Of a DNA stretch of 64,000 bases, positions 38,221 to 48,171 are shown piece by piece (position 1 is the stretch's first letter; every line of letters begins with the position of its first letter). Below the pieces are notes generated by a model. It did not search any database. It saw nothing but the letters and a program-made list of their open reading frames with translations, and was not told the DNA's origin. A program made the position numbers and the translations under genes. The DNA comes from Octopus sinensis (lineage: Eukaryota): the NCBI RefSeq assembly GCF_006345805.1, contig NC_043009.1, forward strand, positions 9,362,001 through 9,426,000, written 5' to 3'.

Positions 38221-38901
38221 AACAGAACAGTTATTTGTTGAATTGGTCGAATTGCTAACTAAACGCTTGACCGATACTTTTAGGTTTCAGTCATGCTAAT
38301 GTAGTCTTTATCATCTTCTCTTTGGTCAGTTAGATATAAACCATTTACTTTATTAATGTTGCTCTACCATCTCTGTAGATTTATGGGTTTTATAGGTTGC
38401 ATTCATTTATCTACAGTTGATTGAAATACTTTTGAGGATTTTTGGATCAATAAAACTTCTAAGTTTTATGAGACTGGTACAAAGTACTTCAAAAAGGGAT
38501 AATTGAAATATCAAAATTTGTTCTATAGAAATACAATTTTAAGAGACTCAAGCCGGTGGTTGACAAATGTCGAATTTGTAACTTCATCAATAACTTCACC
38601 AACTCTAACTGATTGCGAGGAAACAATTTCAGATAAACCAAATAATCAACATAATTCTTTTATTTGGCACCAAATTTTTGAAGATGTCGTTAGTTAGTGG
38701 GTTTGCTGTTATGGATGACAGACGGAATCAGCCTGGGAAAGTTCAGTGTGAGTAGTAGGAATATTCTGTTAGCTGGGTTATGATACAAATTATTGAAATT
38801 TGTCCCATGTTAGAACCATGGCTCTGCTTGATAAGGGAAAAGACGTTTAGAGAGCCATGTCTCTCTAGGGAACAAAGGGTTTCTTCTTTATGAGAATATA
38901 A

Positions 38902-39072
38902 GGTGTGGTTGGTGTTAGGAAGGGCATCCAGCTGTAGAAACTTTGCCAGATCAGATTGGAGCCTGGTGTAGCCATCTGGTTCGCCAGTCCTCAGTCAAAT
39001 CGTCCAACCCATGCTAGCATGGAAACTGGATGTTAAACGATGATGATGTTGATGTTGATGATGATGATGATC
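38902..39072 (+). mobile_element. Element D 3' part
   Basis: gtggttggtgttaggaagggcatcc...gttaaacgatgatgat. Confidence 0.85.
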
Positions 39073-39309
39073 AATATAGTTGGCCATTAAAACCTAAACC
39101 AGCAGCAGCAAAACATATATTGTTTGTTACGTTGTTCTGACATTTCTGTTTTTTTTTTTTTTTCGTTTTGATATCTTGTCATTTAGTTAATGTCAGTTTC
39201 TTTCACTTGTATAAACCACATTTAACTACAAAAATGGTTTACTTATTATTTTATGAGAATGTCCAGTTATATACGGCACAAACAGCTGAAAGAGTATGGT
39301 GAAATTGCC

Positions 39310-39510
39310 ATGGGGAGTGGTGTGTCCAATGTTTCAAACACAATCCTTCTTCAGGGTAAAGATGCCAAGAAAGAAATAAAAGAAACACAGCAAAATCTTA
39401 TATCCTCAATGATTGAGAAACTGGCTGCAACGGTTGTGTACTCTGCAACCCTTGGCAATTTTACTCTACTCACTACCAGTCTCTTTGGATTCTGTTTTGA
39501 TATATATAAG
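39310..39510 (+). CDS. Putative coding exon of an unidentified gene (67 codons, MGSGVSNVS...FGFCFDIYK)
   Basis: Non-repetitive sequence; gccATGg start context; ends at an AAG|GTAAAA donor (phase 0); T-rich acceptor at 39186; frame open from 39226; MGxxxS fits the N-myristoylation pattern. No homolog recognised. Confidence 0.4.
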
Positions 39511-39733
39511 GTAAAATAGCAGCAGACTGAGAAAATTGATGATCTGCGTTATTAAAAATTCGAAAAAGATGTTCGTGAGTTTGGATAAATTCTTATGCCA
39601 TGGGTAGAAATGTAATCTCATGTTTTTAGACTGGTTTTCCATTTGAAAAAGAGAAAAAAAATTTTTTTCTGTCTCTCTGACAAAAATCATTCCCAAAATG
39701 TCAAATTGCTCTTCTCATGACATATCAATCTAT

Positions 39734-40064
39734 GTTTCCTTCTTGAGCCATGCCTGGCTCATAAGGGCCGGTTTCCCAGTTTCCTTGGCGTATAGGTTTC
39801 CTTGGTGTATAGGTTTCCTTGGCATATAGGTTCCCCATCTGGACGGGACGCCGGTCCGTTGCAGGTGAGCTGCAAGATGCAGGAGGAAAGAGTGAGAGAA
39901 AGTTGTGGTGAAAGATCAGCAGAAGTTTCGCCATTACCTTCTGTCAGAGCCGCGTGGAGCTTAGGTGTTTCGCTCATAAGCACACACATAACTCAGTCTG
40001 AGATTCGAACTTGCAATCCCGCGACCGCGAGTCTGCTGCTCTCACCACTAGGCCATGTGCCACC
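39734..40064 (-). mobile_element. SINE-C (body C + tail 2), 14-bp TSD
   Basis: TSD acatat(c/g)aatctat at 39720-39733 and 40065-40078. Confidence 0.88.
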
Positions 40065-40242
40065 ACATATGAATCTATCCAAAGACATGGACTTCACCAT
40101 TTAATTAAAGTATGTGTCATTAACCAGCTTTACTACATAATATTGGTGTAGACATGGCTGTGTGGTTCAGAAGCTCATGTTGCCACCGTGTAGATTTGGA
40201 TTCAGCCCCCCCCCCCCCCTGCACAGCACCTTGGGCAAGTAT

Positions 40243-40358
40243 CTGGGAAGCCAGGGGCTGCACCAGGCTCCAGTCTGATCTGGCAGTGTTTCTACAGCTT
40301 GATGCCCTTCCTAACGCCAACCACTCCGCGAGTGTAGTGGGTGCTTTTTACGTGCCAC
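40243..40358 (-). mobile_element. Element D internal fragment
   Basis: ctgcaccaggctccagtctgatctggcag...tgcttttacgtgccacc. Confidence 0.8.
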
Positions 40359-40873
40359 CTATATATTTATAGCAATGGAATATGCAATAAATATATTGGA
40401 TCTGCAGAAAATGGAGAGATGTGTAGGTTATTCCCGAGAGACAGAGTAAATAAAAGTGAATTGGGAAAGCAACTGGCTATCAAAGGTGCTCAGCTAATAC
40501 TTACAAGAGTGATGCTGTGTCAAGTATTCAATCATTGCTTGTATGCATCAATCAACATAGCTATGGTGGAGGTTAAGTTTGGCACCAAAGATGGTATGAA
40601 AGTAGGTGATGTTGGCAGCTGCTCCCCTCCGTCACCCTTGACTGAGCAGACCTATAATCAGTTGTGAGTATCAGTCATGCAGGTAGTGTCTTTTGTTTCC
40701 AGTCTTCCATGAAAACTTGTCTGGTCATGGAGGAATATTACTTCACATGGAAATAGGTGAGAGTTGGTGATAGGAAGGGCATCCTGCCGTAAAATATTTG
40801 CCTCCACAAATTTAGTCTGACCCATACTAGCATGGAAAACTAGATCGAAGATTGTGCTTAATTTGAAGGACAT

Positions 40874-41190
40874 TTTTGTTTGTTTGTTCATTCTCGAGCC
40901 ATGCGTGGCTCATAAGGGCCGGTTTTCTTGTTTCTTTGGTGTATAGGTTCCCCACCTGGATGGGACGCCGGTCCGTCGCTGGTGAGCTGCAAGATGCAGG
41001 AGGAAAGAGTGAGAGAAAGTTGTGGCGAAAGAGTCAGCAGAAGTTCGCCATCACCTTCTGCCAGAGTTGCGTGGAGCTCAGGTGTTTCGCTCATAAACAT
41101 AAACACACACGTCACCCGGTCTGAGATTCGAACCCGCGATCCCTCGACCACGAGTCCGCTGCTCTAACCACAAGGCCATGTGCCTCCACA
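40874..41190 (-). mobile_element. SINE-C (body C + tail 2), perfect 13-bp TSD
   Basis: TSD atttgaaggacat at 40861-40873 and 41191-41203; (CAAA)n tail on the minus strand. Confidence 0.92.
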
Positions 41191-41256
41191 ATTTGAAGGA
41201 CATGAAAAGATGTAATACTTTAACTGGTTGAAAAAGAAATAAAAAAAATAACATAA

Positions 41257-41663
41257 TAGGTGCAGGAGTGGCTGTGTGGTAAGTAGCTTGCTAACCAACC
41301 ACATGGTTCCGGGTTCAGTCCCACTGTGTGGCATCTTGGGCAAGTATCTTCTGCTATGGCCCCGGGCCGACCAATGCCTTGTGAGTGGATTTGGTAGACG
41401 GAAACTGAAAGAAGCCTGTCGTATTTATGTATATATATATATATATATATATGTTAGTGTGTCTGTGTTTGTCCCCTAGCATTGCTTGACAACCGATGCT
41501 GGTGTGTTTACGTCCCCATCACTTAGCGGTTCGGCAAAAGAGACCGATAGAATAAGTACTGGGCTTACAAAAGAATAAGTCCCAGGGTCGAGTTGCTCGA
41601 CTAAAGGCGGTGCTCCAGCATGGCCGCAGTCAAATGACTGAAACAAGTAAAAGAGTAAAAGAG
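41257..41663 (+). mobile_element. SINE-A, full length, young
   Basis: taggtgcaggagtggctgtgtggtaag ... aaacaagtaaaagagtaaaagag. Confidence 0.92.
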
Positions 41664-42605
41664 TATAATAAATGTAACAGGTTTTAACCCAGTGCTAATG
41701 ACTGTGAATTCTTAATTGATAAGTTACTTTACTAATCAATCACAGTATGTGTTATATGTCTAGGTTTGTTTGTTTGTTTATAGTAACCATCTTATACTTC
41801 TAGCTGCTAGCTATTACTTGCTATCACCTTTACTATAAAACTCAATGTAGGCCACTTACTTTCTGTAGTACAACTAGCAACATCAGCAGTTAACTATCTA
41901 GTAAGTATTATTATCTTGTATACTTGTGTGCGTATGTAGGTGAGAATGTGTTTATTTTTAATTAGCAGTCTACTCACTATAATCTTTCCGTTTTTCTGGG
42001 GTTTTTTTTTATACTTCTCATTTATTTCAGAATTACACAAGTTTATTTTGTTTTCAAACATTAATTATGAATGTGAAAATAACAACAAAATAATGAAAAT
42101 ATATATTTTTTTTTGTTGGTGTATTTTTTTACTGTCTTGTTTACTATCAATGTATGATATTTATGTGTTTGTAAGAAAGAAAAAAATGTTACAAGACATA
42201 AAAAAAACACAAAAAGAAAGGGTTTTTCTCCTTATTGTTGTGGTTTAGCCTCAGGCCTCTCCCGACCGATCAAGCAATCTATATTCAAAGACATTCCATC
42301 CTTGACCTTCCTTTATTTTCCGGCATACAGGAAACCCTAAAAGAGCCATATTATACACATCAATTAAATTTTTTTTTTTGAAGTTACTAGTTTGCAATAT
42401 GAAGGAGATTTTGCTGCTACTACTAGCAGATCAAGTAAGCATGAAGAATTTTCCAGGGATGCTTATAGGTGCAAACTAAATACGTTTGTGAAAGCTATGT
42501 GTATGTATGTGTACTTTGAAAATATAGCATGATATATATGTATATAATGAAAACAAATATGTATGAATATACGATGAGTATGTATATATATATGTGTGTG
42601 TGTAT

Positions 42606-42647
<42 letters not shown>

Positions 42648-42708
42648 ATATATATATACATACATATATACATATACATACACACACACACACACATACA
42701 CACACATG

Positions 42709-43022
42709 TGTGGAGGCACAATGGCCCAGTGGTTAGGGCAGCGGACTCGCGGTTGTAGGATCACGGTTTCGATTCCCAGACCGGGCGTTGTGTGTGTTTA
42801 TTGAGTGAAAACACCTAAAACTCCACGTGGCTCCGGCAAGGGATGGTGGTGATCCCTGCGATACTCTTTCACCACAACTTTCTCTCACTCTTTCTTCTGT
42901 TGGCCTGCTCGCTTAGCCATCGGGTTGGCGTCATTTGAAGGCTAAAACAATGCGAAGCGCATTGTGACCAGCCATGTGTGGCAACATCTGATAGCCTGGT
43001 CGGTCACGGTGATCACGGTGAT
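42709..43022 (+). mobile_element. SINE-C (body C + tail 1)
   Basis: Collinear with 28614-28927. Confidence 0.9.
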
Positions 43023-43342
43023 ATACATGCACATATATAAGAAGATGAGATGACAAAGTGATAAATTACAAAACTCTACGCATAAGTGTAGAGTATTCTT
43101 TAACACATTGTAACTGTATTTTGATGTATGCATGCATGCATGCATTTATGTAATTAAAAAGAAAAAGTTGTGCTGAAAAGGAAAGTGCAAGAAGAAATGA
43201 AAGAGATTGAAGAATGAGAATAAGGTAGAGAGACTGTAAGAAAGAGAAAGTGAGAGAAAGAAGAGTAAGAATGAAATAGAAACACTGTGAGAGAGAGAGA
43301 GAGAGAGAGGGAGAGAAAGAGAGAAATCAGATTGAAGTAGAG

Positions 43343-43551
43343 TAGGGGTCAGGGAACTTTTTTAACCAATTACCCCAGAATATATTTATTTATGCCAATA
43401 TTACCCCCTTGATGTGAAAGGAAGAAATTCATAGATAACAAGGTACATGATTTTTTATATAATTTTACTTAAGCTTAATGAGTCCTCATTACCCACAAGA
43501 ATTTCATTTTTACTCCACTTGGGGTAATTTACCCTGGATGGCTGACTCCTG
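43343..43551. mobile_element. hAT-like MITE with 8-bp TSD
   Basis: TSD aagtagag at 43335-43342 and 43552-43559; imperfect TIR taggggtcag / ctgactcctg. Confidence 0.75.
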
Positions 43552-43660
43552 AAGTAGAGGGACAGTGAGAGGCAAGACAATTAAAGAAATTGATTGGGAA
43601 AGAAAGAAATGAGGAAATAGAGACAACATGAAAATAATTTTTAAAAATGAATTAGGTATA

Positions 43661-44320
43661 GGCGCAGGTGTGGCTGTGTGGTTAAGACGCTTCCTTTGCA
43701 ACCATGTGGTTTTGGATTCAGTCCCACGGCATGGCACCTTGGTCAAGTGTCTTCTGCTATGGCCCCAGGCCAAGCAATGCCATGTGAGTGAATTTGGTAG
43801 ACAGAATCTGTATACAGCCTGTCATGTGTGTGTGTGTGTGTGTGTGTGTATGCATGTCTGTGTCTGTGTTTGTCCCATTTTCACTGCTTGACAACTAGTG
43901 TTGGTTTGTTTATGTCCCCATCATATAGCAGTTTAGCAAAAAAAAGACTGGTAGAATAAAAGGCGGCGAGCTGGCAGAAGTGTTAGCATGCCGGGCGAAA
44001 TGCTTAGTGGTATTTCGTCTGCCATTACGTTCTGAGTTCAAATTCCGCCGAGGTCGACTTTGCCTTTCATCCTTTCGGGGTCGATAAATTAAGTACCAGC
44101 TACGCACTGGGGTCGATGTAATCGACTTAATCCCTTTTTCTGTCCTTGTTTGTCCCTTCTGTGTTTAGCCCCTTGTGGGTAGTAAAGAAATAAGAATAAG
44201 TACCAGACTACCAGATTAAAAATAAGTATCGGGTGGGGTGAGGGGTCAGTTTGTTTGGCTAAAGCATTTCAGAGTAGAGTCCCAGCATTGTCACAGTCCA
44301 GTGACCAAAACGAGCAAAAG
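43661..44320 (+). mobile_element. SINE-A with nested SINE-B (43961-44192)
   Basis: A-family homology stops at gtagaataa and resumes at aataagtacc after a full B copy. Confidence 0.8.
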
Positions 44321-44439
44321 GTTTTCAAACACACATGCACACATTGATAAAATAATCCAAATAATAATAATGATGATAATGATGGTGATGGGGATGGTGT
44401 TGTTGGTGGTGGTGGTGGTGGTGATGATGATGATGATGA

Positions 44440-44643
44440 TGATTTCAAATTTTGACTCAAGGCCAGTAATATCAGGGGATGGTGCAAATGATTACGTTGA
44501 CCCCAGTTTTCAAATGGTGCTTATTTTATTGACCCCAAAAGGATGAAAGGCAAAGTTGACCTTGGCAGAATTTTGAACTCAGAACATAAAGATGAATCAA
44601 ATGCTGCTAAGCATTTTGCTAATGATTCTGCTAGCTCGCTACT

Positions 44644-44686
<43 letters not shown>

Positions 44687-45663
44687 CAAGGCCTGAAATT
44701 TTTTGGGAGGGTACTAGTTGATTACATCGACGCCTGTCTGTAACTGGTAATTACTTCTTCGACCCCAAGAAGATGAAAGGCAAAGTTGATCTCGGCAGAA
44801 TTTGAACACTGAACATGAACACAGATATACTACAACCGAGCATTTCATCTGGTGGGCTAACGACTTTGCTAGCTTGCTGTCTTAATAATAATAATTATAA
44901 TCTGGCATCACAAGAGTATTAACTTGGAGATGTAAGGTACCCTTTTGATTCAAGTTTCAATATTATTGTATTAATTTTATCAAATGGTGGTTGCCAGGAT
45001 CATTGCCAGAGCAGCCAACTGGCTTCATGCCGGTGGCACATAAAAGGGCACCATTCAAGGGTGATCGTTACCAACGTCGCCTTACTGGCACCTGTGCTGG
45101 TGGCATGTGTAAAAAGATTTGAGCGAGGTCATTGCCAGTACTGCCTGACTGGCCCCATGCTGGTGGCACGTAAAAAGCACCCACTACATTATCGGAGTGG
45201 TTGGCGTTAGGAAGGGCATCCAGCTGTAGAAACTCTGCCAGATCAAGATTGGAGTCTGGTGCAGCCATCTGGTTCGCCAGCCCTCAGTCAAAATCGTCCA
45301 ACCCATGCTAGCATGGAAAGCGGGCGTTAAACGATGATGATGATGAATTTTATCAAATGGTATGATGGTGTGTGAAAAGTAATGCCAACCACAACATATA
45401 TGGAATTCACCTATGCAACACCGCCACCCTTAATAATAATAATAGTTGCAAATTTTGGCACAAGGCTTATAATTTCAGGGGAGAGAGGGCAAGGCTAGGT
45501 GGTTACATTGACCTCAGTATTTAACTGGGACTTATTTTGTCGACCTTGAAAGGATGAAAGGCGAAGTCAATCATGGCAGAATTTGAACTCAGAACATAAA
45601 GATGAATGAAATGCCACTAAGCCTTTTGCTCAGCATGCTAAACATTCTGCCAGCTCACTGCCT
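44440..45663 (-). mobile_element. Three old SINE-B copies (44440-44642, 44685-44884, 45445-45663)
   Basis: Decayed B motifs, each adjacent to (TAA)n or (GAT)n runs. Confidence 0.7.
44995..45346 (+). mobile_element. Element D, longest copy in the window
   Basis: Upstream repeats, cacccactac, ggaagggcatccagctg, (GAT)n tail. Confidence 0.88.
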
Positions 45664-46338
45664 CATAATAACAATGATAATAACAATGATGATAATAATA
45701 ATAATAATAATAATGATAATAATAATAATAATAATGGTACCTCCTACTGGTTACAGTTTGTGTATAGCTCTGTGGCCTCTGGGTATTATTAGGACTTGTG
45801 AGTGCCTGTTTTACTCATTCTCCTATGCTGTGACACAAAAGCCACTGCTAACCATGGATTTACACAATGTCCAGTTCTTATTGTAATTATTGCATTTCTT
45901 TGACCCATGAACTATTTCCAACATTTCAGTCTGTGTTTTGTGTGCTCCTTCAGCTTTAAAGGTACCACATAAGAGTGCCATAACTTTTTACTTTTCCATT
46001 TGAAATTATTTCTCTCAATATACCTGGTAAGATTGTTGTATTACTTAATGTGAAAAGAAATTTAATCTGCTTCTGTCCTTTCATAAGTGGAGATATATAA
46101 TTTTTTTATTATTATCCTCTCCTGGGTTATCTACTTTCGCAAAATTCTTCCATTTACATTATCTTTGATTGTGCCTGTGACAGGCCCAAAAATTCTGTCC
46201 ATTTTGTTTTGAGGGAAGGTTTTGCCTTTACATGACTGAAATATGAATGGACCACACAGTATTTGGAATCAAGTAAGAATTGCTTCTGCCATTGCTACTG
46301 CTGTTGTTTTTACTATCATGGTATTTCAAATGACTTTA

Positions 46339-46822
46339 GGGCGGCGAGCTGGCAAAAACGTTAGCATGCCGGGCGAAATGCTTAGCAGTATTTCGTCTGC
46401 TGTTATGTTCTGAGTTCAAATTCCGCCAAGGTCGACTTTGCCTTTCATCCTTTCGGGGTCGATTAAATAAGTACCAGTTACACACTGGGGTTGATGTAAT
46501 CAACTTAATCCATTTGTCTGTCCTTGTTTGTCCTCTCTGTGTTTAGCCCTTTGTGGGTAGTAAAGAAATAGGTATTTCAAATGACTTTAGGGCGGCGAGC
46601 TGGCAGAAACGTTAGCATGCCGGGCGAAATGCTTAGCAGTATTTCGTCTGCTGCTATGTTCCGAGTTCAAATTCTGCTGAGGTCGACTTTGCCTTTCATC
46701 CTTTCGGGGTTGATTAAATAAGTACCAGTTACGCACTGGGGTCAATATAACCGACTTAATACCTATGTCTCTCCTTGTTTGTCCCCTCTATGTTTAGCCC
46801 CTTGTGAGTAAAAAAGTAATAG
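46339..46822 (+). mobile_element. Two tandem SINE-B copies separated and flanked by the same target sequence
   Basis: ggtatttcaaat(g/t)actt at 46320, 46571 and 46822 (period 251). Confidence 0.9.
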
Positions 46823-46865
46823 GTATTTCAAATTACTTATTTCAGTATTTAGAACACATACATAT

Positions 46866-47166
46866 ATCACGTGATCATGTGATGGACCAGACTACCAGAT
46901 ATTGTTATACATCACTGGTCACAATGCCCTTTGCAATGTTTTAGCTTTTCAATGATGCCAGTCCGCTGGCTAGGCATGCAGGCCAACATGTCCCTTGATC
47001 GGATGGCTAACCCTAACTCTAACCCATTTACAGCCGAGTGAACTGGAGCAACATAAAATGATATGTTTTGCTCAAAAACACAACATGCTGCTCAGTTTGA
47101 GAATTGAACCTGCAGATTAGCAATCATGAGTGAAATATCCTATCCACTAGGCCACGCACCTTCCCA
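46866..47166 (-). mobile_element. SINE-E (CORE-type body + tail 1), old copy
   Basis: Head and body match 36007-36259; 46866-46990 matches the tail-1 region of 28800-28927. Confidence 0.75.
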
Positions 47167-47636
47167 TATTTGGAACATACTTCTATTAATTGTGAACTGT
47201 GCTGTTCAGTTTCTTCTCCCTCTTGTGCATTTTGATTTTGTGTATTTGTTTCTAGCAACGGTAGTGCTTTGTTGTGCAGCATAATTATGTATGGTAGCCA
47301 TTGAGGATGTGTAAATGGAATGTGCGTAAATATTCATTCCAGAGTTTATCAGTCAATTACCTTATGAATAATATGAATGAAGTGTGCATATAATGTTTTT
47401 GATTTCATCCCATCATTAAAGCATTACAAATGTAGACCAAAGCAGAATAAAATTATAGAGTTTATAGATACAGTCGTTGCTGTGCGGTAAGAAATTTGCT
47501 TCCCAACCTCATGGTCCTGGGTTCAATGCCATTGCATGGCTCTTTTTTGCAAGTGTTATTTTTATTGATAGTCCCAGGCCGACCAAAGCCTTATGAATGG
47601 ATTTGATAGATGGAAATTGAAAGAAGCATGTTTTAC

Positions 47637-47690
<54 letters not shown>

Positions 47691-47767
47691 ATATATATAT
47701 TATATATATATATATATTATATATATATATATATATATAATATATATATATAATATATATATATATA

Positions 47768-48018
47768 CAGATATTTATTTGTATATTACATGTTTTAATA
47801 CATCGAATAACTTATATCATATATCATATATTAGCGCTTTCGTCCATTCTGGTGGAGTTTTCAAATTGAACTAAGTTCTTGTGGAAAAATTTTGACCTTT
47901 TCCACAAGAACATAGTTCAATTTGAAAACTCCACCAGAATGGACGAAAGCGCTAATATATGATATATGATATAAGTTATTCGATGTATAAAAACATGTAA
48001 TATACAAATAAATATCTG
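47768..48018. mobile_element. Near-perfect foldback element, Tc1/mariner-like ends (TA|CAG...CTG|TA)
   Basis: 123-bp arms 47766-47888 and 47898-48020 (including the TA), 2 mismatches counted, 9-nt loop. Confidence 0.7.
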
Positions 48019-48098
48019 TAAATATAAAACCATCCGAATTTCTGAGTACCTCATTTCTTCTAATATAAAATACCTGTACATCATCTCCAAACCTTCTA

Positions 48099-48169
<71 letters not shown>

Positions 48170-48171
48170 TT

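Noticed and set aside
40341-40667. 108-aa ORF in semi-unique DNA
   Set aside because: Starts in element D and ends in repeat F/D relics; no motif and weak splice signals.
45954-46026. Exon-like segment with strong acceptor and GTAAGA donor
   Set aside because: Stop codons in all three frames.
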